The notes beneath the pieces are model-generated. The model saw only the letters and a list, made by a program, of their open reading frames with translations, did not search any database and was not told the DNA's origin. 64,000 nucleotides of DNA from Gordius albopunctatus (taxonomy: Eukaryota), in assembly GCA_964276515.1 (NCBI GenBank), contig OZ193910.1, positions 6,448,001 through 6,512,000 of the forward strand. Direction: 5' to 3'. A program made the translations under genes and the position numbers. Positions 26,301 through 41,300 of the stretch are shown piece after piece; the first letter of the stretch is position 1, and each line of letters opens with the position of its first letter.

Positions 26301-29300
26301 CTGCCCGACGCAAAATACTCTAAAATCCCTAAATCTCCTATAAAATGGCGCCTAGAATTAAAAATTAATTCACAAATGTATTCCTACGGCGTCCCCTATG
26401 TTCTAAGGATCGCCCTTGATCGTAACTGGATTCAAAAAAATATTTAAAAAGGTTACAACACCCGGGATTCCCAAGCGGTCACCCATCCAAGTACTAACCG
26501 GCCCGGGATTCCCAAGCGGTCACCCATTCAAGTACTAACCGGGCTCAACGTTGCTTAACTTCGGTGTTCGGAAGGGAACCGGTGTTTTCAACGTGATATG
26601 GTCGTATCCGTAGATTTAAAGCGTAAATTGTGCTTATAAATCAGGCAAGATTCTTACTTTTTTATTTCCCACCCATATTTTATCACTTAAAATTTACGCG
26701 AGAGCATCGAAATGTGTGTATTTTGTCGTAATCCGTGAGGCAATACGTGGAATATTTAACTTTTTGATTGTTGGTAGTAATTATACAGCTCGAAACAGTT
26801 TCATTATCGCGTTTTCGGTTTACTTACTCCCTTTCAGACGCTATACGCCAATTCCGTTGAGGACGGACACCTAGCATTCTGCCCGACGCAAAATACTCTA
26901 AAATCCCTAAATCTCCTATAAAATGGCGCCTAGAATTAAAAATTAATTCACCAGTGTATTCCTACGGCGTCCCCTATGTGCTAAGGATCGCCCTTGATCG
27001 TAACTGGATTCAAAAAAATATTTAAAAAGGTTACAACACCCGGGATTCCCAAGCGGTCACCCATCCAAGTACTAACCGGCCCGGGATTCCCAAGCGGTCA
27101 CCCATTCAAGTACTAACCGGGCTCACCGTTGCTTAACTTCGGTGTTCGGAAGGGAACCGGTGTTTTCAACGTGATATGGTAGACCGTAGATTTAAAGCGA
27201 AAATTGTGCTTATAAATCAGGCAAGATTCTTACTTTTTTATTTCCCACCCATATTTTATCACTTAAAATTTACGCGAGAGCATCGAAATGTGTGTATTTT
27301 GTCGTAATCGATGACGCATTACGTGGAATATTTAACTTTTTGATTGTTGGTAGTAATTATACAGCTCGAAACAGTTTCATTATCGCGTTCTCGATTTACT
27401 TACTCCCTTTCAGACGCTATACGCCAATTCCGTTGAGGACGGACACCTAGCATTCTGCCCGACGCAAAATACTCTAAAATCCTTAAATCTCCTATAAAAT
27501 GGCGCCTAGAATTAAAAATTAATTCACAAATGTATTCCTACGGCGTCCCCTATGTTCTAAGGATCGCCCTTGATCGTAACTGGATTCAAAAAAATATTTA
27601 AAAAGGTTACAACACCCGGGATTCCCAAGCGGTCACCCATCCAAGTACTAACCGGCCCGGGATTCCCAAGCGGTCACCCATTCAAGTACTAACCGGGCTC
27701 ACCGTTGCTTAACTTCGGTGTTCGGAAGGGAACCGGTGTTTTCAACGTGATATGGTAGACCGTAGATTTAAAGCGAAAATTGTGCTTATAAATCAGGCAA
27801 GATTCTTACTTTTTTATTTCCCACCCATATTTTATCACTTAAAATTTACGCGAGAGCATCGAAATGTGTGTATTTTGTCGTAATCGATGACGCATTACGT
27901 GGAATATTTAACTTTTTGATTGTTGGTAGTAATTATACAGCTCGAAACAGTTTCATTATCGCGTTCTCTGTTTACTTACTCCCTTTCAGACGCTATACGC
28001 CAATTCCGTTGAGGACGGACACCTAGCATTCTGCCCGACGCAAAATACTCTAAAATCCCTAAATCTCCTATAAAATGGCGCCTAGAATTAAAAATTAATT
28101 CACAAATGTATTCCTACGGCGTCCCCTATGTTCTAAGGATCGCCCTTGATCGTAACTGGATTCAAAAAAATATTTAAAAAGGTTACAACACCCGGGATTC
28201 CCAAGCGGTCACCCATCCAAGTACTAACCGGCCCGGGATTCCCAAGCGGTCACCCATTCAAGTACTAACCGGGCTCAACGTTGCTTAACTTCGGTGTTCG
28301 GAAGGGAACCGGTGTTTTCAACGTGATATGGTCGTATCCGTAGATTTAAAGCGTAAATTGTGCTTATAAATCAGGCAAGATTCTTACTTTTTTATTTCCC
28401 ACCCATATTTTATCACTTAAAATTTACGCGAGAGCATCGAAATGTGTGTATTTTGTCGTAATCGATGACGCATTACGTGGAATATTTAACTTTTTGATTG
28501 TTGGTAGTAATTATACAGCTCGAAACAGTTTCATTATCGCGTTCTCGATTTACTTACTCCCTTTCAGACGCTATACGCCAATTCCGTTGAGGACGGACAC
28601 CTAGCATTCTGCCCGACGCAAAATACTCTAAAATCCCTAAATCTCCTATAAAATGGCGCCTAGAATTAAAAATTAATTCACAAATGTATTCCTACGGCGT
28701 CCCCTATGTGCTAAGGATCGCCCTTGATCGTAACTGGATTCAAAAAAATATTTAAAGGTTACAACACCCGGGATTCCCAAGCGGTCACCCATCCAAGTAC
28801 TAACCGGGCTCAACGTTGCTTAACTTCGGTGTTCGGAAGGGAACCGGTGTTTTCAACGTGATATGGTAGACCGTAGATTTAAAGCGAAAATTGTGCTTAT
28901 AAATCAGGCAAGATTCTTACTTTTTTATTTCCCACCCATATTTTATCACTTAAAATTTACGCGAGAGCATCGAAATGTGTGTATTTTGTCGTAATCGATG
29001 ACGCATTACGTGGAATATTTAACTTTTTGATTGTTGGTAGTAATTATACAGCTCGAAACAGTTTCATTATCGCGTTTTCGGTTTACTTACTCCCTTTCAG
29101 ACGCTATACGCCAATTCCGTTGAGGACGGACACCTAGCATTCTGCCCGACGCAAAATACTCTAAAATCCCTAAATCTCCTATAAAATGGCGCCTAGAATT
29201 AAAAATTAATTCACAAATGTATTCCTACGGCGTCCCCTATGTGCTAAGGATCGCCCTTGATCGTAACTGGATTCAAAAAAATATTTAAAGGTTACAACAC

Positions 29301-32300
29301 ACGGGATTCCCAAGCGGTCACCCATCCAAGTACTAACCGGGCTCAACGTTGCTTAACTTCGGTGTTCGGAAGGGAACCGGTGTTTTCAACGTGATATGGT
29401 AGACCGTAGATTTAAAGCGTAAATTGTGCTTATAAATCAGGCAAGATTCTTACTTTTTTATTTCCCACCCATATTTTATCACTTAAAATTTACGCGAGAG
29501 CATCGAAATGTGTGTATTTTGTCGTAATCGATGACGCATTACGTGGAATATTTAACTTTTTGATTGTTGGTAGTAATTATACAGCTCGAAACAGTTTCAT
29601 TATCGCGTTCTCGATTTACTTACTCCCTTTCAGACGCTATACGCCAATTCCGTTGAGGACGGACACCTAGCATTCTGCCCGACGCAAAATACTCTAAAAT
29701 CCCTAAATCTCCTATAAAATGGCGCCTAGAATTAAAAATTAATTCACAAATGTATTCCTACGGCGTCCCCTATGTGCTAAGGATCGCCCTTGATCGTAAC
29801 TGGATTCAAAAAAATATTTAAAGGTTACAACACCCGGGATTCCCAAGCGGTCACCCATCCAAGTACTAACCGGGCTCAACGTTGCTTAACTTCGGTGTTC
29901 GGAAGGGAACCGGTGTTTTCAACGTGATATGGTAGACCGTAGATTTAAAGCGAAAATTGTGCTTATAAATCAGGCAAGATTCTTACTTTTTTATTTCCCA
30001 CCCATATTTTATCACTTAAAATTTACGCGAGAGCATCGAAATGTGTGTATTTTGTCGTAATCGATGACGCATTACGTGGAATATTTAACTTTTTGATTGT
30101 TGGTAGTAATTATACAGCTCGAAACAGTTTCATTATCGCGTTTTCGGTTTACTTACTCCCTTTCAGACGCTATACGCCAATTCCGTTGAGGACGGACACC
30201 TAGCATTCTGCCCGACGCAAAATACTCTAAAATCCCTAAATCTCCTATAAAATGGCGCCTAGAATTAAAAATTAATTCACAAATGTATTCCTACGGCGTC
30301 CCCTATGTGCTAAGGATCGCCCTTGATCGTAACTGGATTCAAAAAAATATTTAAAGGTTACAACACACGGGATTCCCAAGCGGTCACCCATCCAAGTACT
30401 AACCGGGCTCAACGTTGCTTAACTTCGGTGTTCGGAAGGGAACCGGTGTTTTCAACGTGATATGGTAGACCGTAGATTTAAAGCGAAAATTGTGCTTATA
30501 AATCAGGCAAGATTCTTACTTTTTTATTTCCCACCCATATTTTATCACTTAAAATTTACGCGAGAGCATCGAAATGTGTGTATTTTGTCGTAATCGATGA
30601 CGCATTACGTGGAATATTTAACTTTTTGATTGTTGGTAATAATTATACAGCTCGAAACAGTTTCATTATCGCGTTCTCGATTTACTTACTCCCTTTCAGA
30701 CGCTATACGCCAATTCCGTTGAGGACGGACACCTAGCATTCTGCCCGACGCAAAATACTCTAAAATCCCTAAATCTCCTATAAAATGGCGCCTAGAATTA
30801 AAAATTAATTCACAAATGTATTCCTACGGCGTCCCCTATGTTCTAAGGATCGCCCTTGATCGTAACTGGATTCAAAAAAATATTTAAAAAGGTTACAACA
30901 CCCGGGATTCCCAAGCGGTCACCCATCCAAGTACTAACCGGCCCGGGATTCCCAAGCGGTCACCCATTCAAGTACTAACCGGGCTCAACGTTGCTTAACT
31001 TCGGTGTTCGGAAGGGAACCGGTGTTTTCAACGTGATATGGTCGTATCCGTAGATTTAAAGCGTAAATTGTGCTTATAAATCAGGCAAGATTCTTACTTT
31101 TTTATTTCCCACCCATATTTTATCACTTAAAATTTACGCGAGAGCATCGAAATGTGTGTATTTTGTCGTAATCCGTGAGGCAATACGTGGAATATTTAAC
31201 TTTTTGATTGTTGGTAGTAATTATACAGCTCGAAACAGTTTCATTATCGCGTTTTCGGTTTACTTACTCCCTTTCAGACGCTATACGCCAATTCCGTTGA
31301 GGACGGACACCTAGCATTCTGCCCGACGCAAAATACTCTAAAATCCCTAAATCTCCTATAAAATGGCGCCTAGAATTAAAAATTAATTCACAAATGTATT
31401 CCTACGGCGTCCCCTATGTGCTAAGGATCGCCCTTGATCGTAACTGGATTCAAAAAAATATTTAAAAAGGTTACAACACCCGGGATTCCCAAGCGGTCAC
31501 CCATCCAAGTACTAACCGGCCCGGGATTCCCAAGCGGTCACCCATTCAAGTACTAACCGGGCTCACCGTTGCTTAACTTCGGTGTTCGGAAGGGAACCGG
31601 TGTTTTCAACGTGATATGGTAGACCGTAGATTTAAAGCGAAAATTGTGCTTATAAATCAGGCAAGATTCTTACTTTTTTATTTCCCACCCATATTTTATC
31701 ACTTAAAATTTACGCGAGAGCATCGAAATGTGTGTATTTTGTCGTAATCGATGACGCATTACGTGGAATATTTAACTTTTTGATTGTTGGTAGTAATTAT
31801 ACAGCTCGAAACAGTTTCATTATCGCGTTCTCGATTTACTTACTCCCTTTCAGACGCTATACGCCAATTCCGTTGAGGACGGACACCTAGCATTCTGCCC
31901 GACGCAAAATACTATAAAATCCCTAAATCTCCTATAAAATGGCGCCTAGAATTAAAAATTAATTCACAAATGTATTCCTACGGCGTCCCCTATGTTCTAA
32001 GGATCGCCCTTGATCGTAACTGGATTCAAAAAAATATTTAAAAAGGTTACAACACCCGGGATTCCCAAGCGGTCACCCATCCAAGTACTAACCGGCCCGG
32101 GATTCCCAAGCGGTCACCCATTCAAGTACTAACCGGGCTCAACGTTGCTTAACTTCGGTGTTCGGAAGGGAACCGGTGTTTTCAACGTGATATGGTCGTA
32201 TCCGTAGATTTAAAGCGTAAATTGTGCTTATAAATCAGGCAAGATTCTTACTTTTTTATTTCCCACGCATATTTTATCACTTAAAATTTACGCGAGAGCA

Positions 32301-35300
32301 TCGAAATGTGTGTATTTTGTCGTAATCCGTGACGCAATACGTGGAATATTTAACTTTTTGATTGTTGGTAGTAATTATACAGCTCGAAACAGTTTCATTA
32401 TCGCGTTCTCGGTTTACATACTCCCTTTCAGACGCCACTACGCCAATTCCGTTGAGGGCGGACACCTAGCATTCTGCCCGACGCAAAATACTCTAAAATC
32501 CCTAAATCTCCCTTAAAATGGAGCCTAGAATTAAAAATTAATTCACAAATGTATTCCTACGGCGTCCCCTACCCTTGATCGTAACTGGATTCAAAAAAAT
32601 ATTTAAAAAGGTTACAACACCCGGGATTCCCAAGCGGTCACCCATCCTAGTACTAACCGGGCTCACCGTTGCTTAACTTCGGTGTTCGGAAGGGAACCGG
32701 TGTTTTCAACGTGATATGGTAGACCGTAGATTTAAAGCGAAAATTGTGCTTATAAATCAGGCAAGATTCTTACTTTTTTATTTCCCACCCATATTTTATC
32801 ACTTAAAATTTACGCGAGAGCATCGAAATGTGTGTATTTTGTCGTAATCGATGACGCATTACGTGGAATATTTAACTTTTTGATTGTTGGTAGTAATTAT
32901 ACAGCTCGAAACAGTTTCATTATCGCGTTCTCGATTTACTTACTCCCTTTCAGACGCTATACGCCAATTCCGTTGAGGACGGACACCTAGCATTCTGCCC
33001 GACGCAAAATACTATAAAATCCCTAAATCTCCTATAAAATGGCGCCTAGAATTAAAAATTAATTCACAAATGTATTCCTACGGCGTCCCCTATGTTCTAA
33101 GGATCGCCCTTGATCGTAACTGGATTCAAAAAAATATTTAAAAAGGTTACAACACCCGGGATTCCCAAGCGGTCACCCATCCAAGTACTAACCGGCCCGG
33201 GATTCCCAAGCGGTCACCCATTCAAGTACTAACCGGGCTCAACGTTGCTTAACTTCGGTGTTCGGAAGGGAACCGGTGTTTTCAACGTGATATGGGAGAC
33301 CGTAGATTTAAAGCGAAAATTGTGCTTATAAATCAGGCAAGATTCTTACTTTTTTATTTCCCACCCATATTTTATCACTTAAAATTTACGCGAGAGCATC
33401 GAAATGTGTGTATTTTGTCGTAATCGATGACGCATTACGTGGAATATTTAACTTTTTGATTGTTGGTAGTAATTATACAGCTCGAAACAGTTTCATTATC
33501 GCGTTCTCGATTTACTTACTCCCTTTCAGACGCTATACGCCAATTCCGTTGAGGACGGACACCTAGCATTCTGCCCGACGCAAAATACTCTAAAATCCCT
33601 AAATCTCCTATAAAATGGCGCCTAGAATTAAAAATTAATTCACAAATGTATTCCTACGGCGTCCCCTATGTGCTAAGGATCGCCCTTGATCGTAACTGGA
33701 TTCAAAAAAATATTTAAAAAGGTTACAACACCCGGGATTCCCAAGCGGTCACCCATCCAAGTACTAACCGGCCCGGGATTCCCAAGCGGTCACCCATTCA
33801 AGTACTAACCGGGCTCAACGTTGCTTAACTTCGGTGTTCGGAAGGGAACCGGTGTTTTCAACGTGATATGGTCGTATCCGTAGATTTAAAGCGTAAATTG
33901 TGCTTATAAATCAGGCAAGATTCTTACTTTTTTATTTCCCACCCATATTTTATCACTTAAAATTTACGCGAGAGCATCGAAATGTGTGTATTTTGTCGTA
34001 ATCGATGACGCATTACGTGGAATATTTAACTTTTTGATTGTTGGTAGTAATTATACAGCTCGAAACAGTTTCATTATCGCGTTCTCGATTTACTTACTCC
34101 CTTTCAGACGCTATACGCCAATTCCGTTGAGGACGGACACCTAGCATTCTGCCCGACGCAAAATACTCTAAAATCCCTAAATCTCCTATAAAATGGCGCC
34201 TAGTATTAAAAATTAATTCACAAATGTATTCCTACGGCGTCCCCTATGTGCTCAGGATCGCCCTTGATCGTAACTGGATTCAAAAAAATATTTAAAAAGG
34301 TTACAACACCCGGGATTCCCAAGCGGTCACCCATCCAAGTACTAACCGGGCTCAACGTTGCTTAACTTCGGTGTTCGGAAGGGAACCGGTGTTTTCAACG
34401 TGATATGGTAGACCGTAGATTTAAAGCGAAAATTGTGCTTATAAATCAGGCAAGATTCTTACTTTTTTATTTCCCACGCATATTTTATCACTTAAAATTT
34501 ACGCGAGAGCATCGAAATGTGTGTATTTTGTCGTAATCCGTGACGCAATACGTGGAATATTTAACTTTTTGATTGTTGGTAGTAATTATACAGCTCGAAA
34601 CAGTTTCATTATCGCGTTCTCGGTTTACTTACTCCCTTTCAGACGCCACTACGCCAATTCCGTTGAGGGCGGACACCTAGCATTCTGCCCGACGCAAAAT
34701 ACTCTAAAATCCCTAAATCTCCCTTAAAATGGAGCCTAGAATTAAAAATTAATTCACAAATGTATTCCTACGGCGTCCCCTACCCTTGATCGTAACTGGA
34801 TTCAAAAAAATATTTAAAAAGGTTACAACACCCGGGATTCCCAAGCTGTCACCCATCCAAGTACTAACCGGGCTCAACGTTGCTTAACTTCGGTGTTCGG
34901 AAGGGAACCGGTGTTTTCAACGTGATATGGTAGACCGTAGATTTAAAGCGAAAATTGTGCTTATAAATCAGGCAAGATTCTTACTTTTTTATTTCCCACG
35001 CATATTTTATCACTTAAAATTTACGCGAGAGCATCGAAATGTGTGTATTTTGTCGTAATCGATGACGCATTACGTGGAATATTAAACTTTTTGATTGTTG
35101 GTAGTAATTATACAGCTCGAAACAGTTTCATTATCGCGTTTTCGGTTTACTTACTCCCTTTCAGACGCTATACGCCAATTCCGTTGAGGACGGACACCTA
35201 GCATTCTGCCCGACGCAAAATACTCTAAAATCCCTAAATCTCCTATAAAATGGCGCCTAGAATTAAAAATTAATTCACAAATGTATTCCTACGGCGTCCC

Positions 35301-38300
35301 CTATGTGCTCAGGATCGCCCTTGATCGTAACTGGATTCAAAAAAATATTTAAAAAGGTTACAACACCCGGGATTCCCAAGCGGTCACCCATCCAAGTACT
35401 AACCGGGCTCAACGTTGCTTAACTTCGGTGTTCGGAAGGGAACCGGTGTTTTCAACGTGATATGGTAGACCGTAGATTTAAAGCGAAAATTGTGCTTATA
35501 AATCAGGCAAGATTCTTACTTTTTTATTTCCCACCCATATTTTATCACTTAAAATTTACGCGAGAGCATCGAAATGTGTGTATTTTGTCGTAATCCGTGA
35601 CGCAATACGTGGAATATTTAACTTTTTGATTGTTGGTAGTAATTATACAGCTCGAAACAGTTTCATTATCGCGTTCTCGGTTTACTTACTCCCTTTCAGA
35701 CACCACTACGCCAATTCCGTTGAGGGCGGACACCTAGCATTCTGCCCGACGCAAAATACTCTAAAATCCCTAAATCTCCTATAAAATGGCGCCTAGAATT
35801 AAAAATTAATTCACAAATGTATTCCTACGGCGTCCCCTATGTGCTAAGGATCGCCCCTGATCGTAACTGAATTCAAAAAAATATTTAAAAAGGTTACAAC
35901 ACCCGGGATTCCCAAGCGGTCACCCATCCAAGTACTAACCGGGCTCAACGTTGCTTAACTTCGGTGTTCGGAAGGGAACCGGTGTTTTCAACGTGATATG
36001 GTCGTAACCGTAGATGCAAAGCGAAAATTGTGCTTATAAATCAGGCAAGATTCTTACTTTTTTATTTCCCACCCATATTTTATCACTTAAAATTGACGCG
36101 AGAGCATCGAAATTTGTGTATTTTGTCGTAATCGATGACGCAATACGTAAAATATTTAACTTTTTGATTGTTGGTAGTAATTATACAGCTCGAAACAGTT
36201 TCATTATCGCGTTCCAGATTTACTTACTCCCTTTCAGACGCCACTACGCCAATTCCGTTGAGGACGGACACCTAGCATTCTGCCCGACGCAAAATACTCT
36301 AAAATCCCTAAATCTCCTATATAATGGCGCCTAGAATTAAAAATTAATTCACAAATGTATTCCTACGGCGTCCGCTGTGTGCTAAGGATCGCCCCTGATC
36401 GTAACTGGATTCAAAAAAATATTTAAAAAGGTTACAACACCCGGGATTCCCAAGCGGTCACCCATCCAAGTACTAACCGGGCTCAACGTTGCTTGACTTC
36501 GGTGTTCGGAAGGGAACCGGTGTTTTCAACGAGATATGGTCGTAACCGTAGATTTAAAGCGAAAATTGTGCTTATAAATCAATCAAGATTCTTACTTTTT
36601 TATTTCCCATCCATATTTTATCACTTAAAATTGACGCGAGAGCATCGAAATTTGTGTATTTTGTCGTAATCGATGACGCAATACGTAAAATATTTAACTT
36701 TTTGATTGTTGGTAGTAATTATACAGCTCGAAACAGTTTCATTATCGCGTTCCAGATTTACTTACTCCCTTTCAGACGCCACTACGCCAATTCCGTTGAA
36801 GACGGACACCTAGCATTCTGCCCGACGCAAAATACTCTAAAATCCCTAAATCTCCTATATAATGGCGCCTAGAATTAAAAATTAATTCACAAATGTATTC
36901 CTACGGCGTCCGCTGTGTGCTAAGGATCGCCCCTGATCGTAACTGGATTCAAAAAAATATTTAAAAAGGTTACAACACCCGGGATTCCCAAGCGGTCACC
37001 CATCCAAGTACTAACCGGGCTCAACGTTGCTTAACTTCGGTGTTCGGAAGGGAACCGGTGTTTTCAACGTGATATGGTCGTAACCGTAGATTTAAAGCGA
37101 AAGTTGTGCTTATAAATCAGGCAAGATTCTTACTTTTTTATTTCCCACCCATATTTTATCACTTAAAATTTACGCGAGAGCATCGAAATGTGTGTATTTT
37201 GTCGTAATCGATGACGCATTACGTGGAATATTTAACTTTTTGATTGTTGGTAGTAATTATACAGCTCGAAACAGTTTCATTATCGCGTTTTCGGTTTACT
37301 TACTCCCTTTCAGACGCTATACGCCAATTCCGTTGAGGACGGACACCTAGCATTCTGCCCGACGGAAAATACTCTAAAATCCCTAAATCTCCTATAAAAT
37401 GGCGCCTAGTATTAAAAATTAATTCACAAATGTATTCCTACGGCGTCCCCTATGTGCTCAGGATCGCCCTTGATCGTAACTGGATTCAAAAAAATATTTA
37501 AAAAGGTTACAACACCCGGGATTCCCAAGCGGTCACCCATCCAAGTACTAACCGGGCTCAACGTTGCTTAACTTCGGTGTTCGGAAGGGAACCGGTGTTT
37601 TCAACGTGATATGGTCGTAACCGTAGATTTAAAGCGAAAATTGTGCTTATAAATCAGGCAAGATTCTTACTTTTTTATTTCCCACCCATATTTTATCACT
37701 TAAAATTTACGCGAGAGCATCGAAATGTGTGTATTTTGTCGTAATCGATGACGCATTACGTGGAATATTTAACTTTTTGATTGTTGGTAGTAATTATACA
37801 ACTCGAAACAGTTTCATTATCGCGTTCTCGATTTACTTACTCCCTTTCAGACGCTATACGCCAATTCCGTTGAGGACGGACACCTAGCATTCTGCCCGAC
37901 GCAAAATACTCTAAAATCCCTAAATCTCCTATAAAATGGCGCCTAGAATTAAAAATTAATTCACAAATGTATTCCTACGGCGTCCCCTATGTGCTAAGGA
38001 TCGCACTTGATCGTAACTGGATTCAAAAAAATATTTAAAAAGGTTACAACACACGGGATTCCCAAGCGGTCATCCATCCAAGTACTAACCGGGCTCAACG
38101 TTGCTTAACTTCGGTGTTCGGAAGGGAACCGGTGTTTTCAGCGTGATATGGTCGTAACCGTAGATTTAGAGCGAAAATTGTGCTTATAAATCAGGCAAGA
38201 TTCTTACTTTTTTATTTCCCACCCATATTTTATCACTTAAAATTTACGCGAGAGCATCGAAATGTGTGTATTTTGTCGTAATCGATGACGCATTACGTGG

Positions 38301-41300
38301 AATATTTAACTTTTTGATTGTTGGTAGTAATTATACAGCTCGAAACAGTTTCATTATCGCGTTTTCGGTTTACTTACTCCCTTTCAGACGCCACTACGCC
38401 AATTCCGTTGAGGGCGGACACCTAGCATTCTGCCCGACGCAAAATACTCTAAAATCCCTAAATCTCCCTTAAAATGCCGCCTAGAATTAAAAATTAATTC
38501 ACAAATGTATTCCTACGGCGTCCCCTATGTGCTAAGGATCGCCCTTGATCGTAACTGGATTCAAAAAAATATTTAAAAAGGTTACAACACCCGGGATTCC
38601 CAAGCGGTCACCCATTCAAGTACTAACCGGGCTCAACGTTGCTTAACTTCGGTGTTCGGAAGGGAACCGGTGTTTTCAACGTGATATGGTCGTATCCGTA
38701 GATTTAAAGCGTAAATTGTGCTTATAAATCAGGCAAGATTCTTACTTTTTTATTTCCCACCCATATTTTATCACTTAAAATTTACGCGAGAGCATCGAAA
38801 TGTGTGTATTTTGTCGTAATCCGTGAGGCAATACGTGGAATATTTAACTTTTTGATTGTTGGTAGTAATTATACAGCTCGAAACAGTTTCATTATCGCGT
38901 TTTCGGTTTACTTACTCCCTTTCAGACGCTATACGCCAATTCCGTTGAGGACGGACACCTAGCATTCTGCCCGACGCAAAATACTCTAAAATCCCTAAAT
39001 CTCCTATAAAATGGCGCCTAGAATTAAAAATTAATTCACAAATGTATTCCTACGGCGTCCCCTATGTGCTAAGGATCGCCCTTGATCGTAACTGGATTCA
39101 AAAAAATATTTAAAAAGGTTACAACACCCGGGATTCCCAAGCGGTCACCCATCCAAGTACTAACCGGCCCGGGATTCCCAAGCGGTCACCCATTCAAGTA
39201 CTAACCGGGCTCACCGTTGCTTAACTTCGGTGTTCGGAAGGGAACCGGTGTTTTCAACGTGATATGGTAGACCGTAGATTTAAAGCGAAAATTGTGCTTA
39301 TAAATCAGGCAAGATTCTTACTTTTTTATTTCCCACCCATATTTTATCACTTAAAATTTACGCGAGAGCATCGAAATGTGTGTATTTTGTCGTAATCGAT
39401 GACGCATTACGTGGAATATTTAACTTTTTGATTGTTGGTAGTAATTATACAGCTCGAAACAGTTTCATTATCGCGTTCTCGATATACTTACTCCCTTTCA
39501 GACGCTATACGCCAATTCCGTTGAGGACGGACACCTAGCATTCTGCCCGACGCAAAATACTATAAAATCCCTAAATCTCCTATAAAATGGCGCCTAGAAT
39601 TAAAAATTAATTCACAAATGTATTCCTACGGCGTCCCCTATGTTCTAAGGATCGCCCTTGATCGTAACTGGATTCAAAAAAATATTTAAAAAGGTTACAA
39701 CACCCGGGATTCCCAAGCGGTCACCCATCCAAGTACTAACCGGCCCGGGATTCCCAAGCGGTCACCCATTCAAGTACTAACCGGGCTCAACGTTGCTTAA
39801 CTTCGGTGTTCGGAAGGGAACCGGTGTTTTCAACGTGATATGGTCGTATCCGTAGATTTAAAGCGTAAATTGTGCTTATAAATCAGGCAAGATTCTTACT
39901 TTTTTATTTCCCACGCATATTTTATCACTTAAAATTTACGCGAGAGCATCGAAATGTGTGTATTTTGTCGTAATCCGTGACGCAATACGTGGAATATTTA
40001 ACTTTTTGATTGTTGGTAGTAATTATACAGCTCGAAACAGTTTCATTATCGCGTTCTCGGTTTACTTACTCCCTTTCAGACGCCACTACGCCAATTCCGT
40101 TGAGGGCGGACACCTAGCATTCTGCCCGACGCAAAATACTCTAAAATCCCTAAATCTCCCTTAAAATGGAGCCTAGAATTAAAAATTAATTCACAAATGT
40201 ATTCCTACGGCGTCCCCTACCCTTGATCGTAACTGGATTCAAAAAAATATTTAAAAAGGTTACAACACCCGGGATTCCCAAGCGGTCACCCATCCTAGTA
40301 CTAACCGGGCTCACCGTTGCTTAACTTCGGTGTTCGGAAGGGAACCGGTGTTTTCAACGTGATATGGTAGACCGTAGATTTAAAGCGAAAATTGTGCTTA
40401 TAAATCAGGCAAGATTCTTACTTTTTTATTTCCCACCCATATTTTATCACTTAAAATTTACGCGAGAGCATCGAAATGTGTGTATTTTGTCGTAATCGAT
40501 GACGCATTACGTGGAATATTTAACTTTTTGATTGTTGGTAGTAATTATACAGCTCGAAACAGTTTCATTATCGCGTTCTCGATTTACTTACTCCCTTTCA
40601 GACGCTATACGCCAATTCCGTTGAGGACGGACACCTAGCATTCTGCCCGACGCAAAATACTCTAAAATCCCTAAATCTCCTATAAAATGGCGCCTAGAAT
40701 TAAAAATTAATTCACAAATGTATTCCTACGGCGTCCCCTATGTTCTAAGGATCGCCCTTGATCGTAACTGGATTCAAAAAAATATTTAAAAAGGTTACAA
40801 CACCCGGGATTCCCAAGCGGTCACCCATCCAAGTACTAACCGGCCCGGGATTCCCAAGCGGTCACCCATTCAAGTACTAACCGGGCTCAACGTTGCTTAA
40901 CTTCGGTGTTCGGAAGGGAACCGGTGTTTTCAACGTGATATGGTCGTATCCGTAGATTTAAAGCGTAAATTGTGCTTATAAATCAGGCAAGATTCTTACT
41001 TTTTTATTTCCCACCCATATTTTATCACTTAAAATTTACGCGAGAGCATCGAAATGTGTGTATTTTGTCGTAATCGATGACGCATTACGTGGAATATTTA
41101 ACTTTTTGATTGTTGGTAGTAATTATACAGCTCGAAACAGTTTCATTATCGCGTTCTCGATTTACTTACTCCCTTTCAGACGCTATACGCCAATTCCGTT
41201 GAGGACGGACACCTAGCATTCTGCCCGACGCAAAATACTCTAAAATCCCTAAATCTCCTATAAAATGGCGCCTAGAATTAAAAATTAATTCACAAATGTA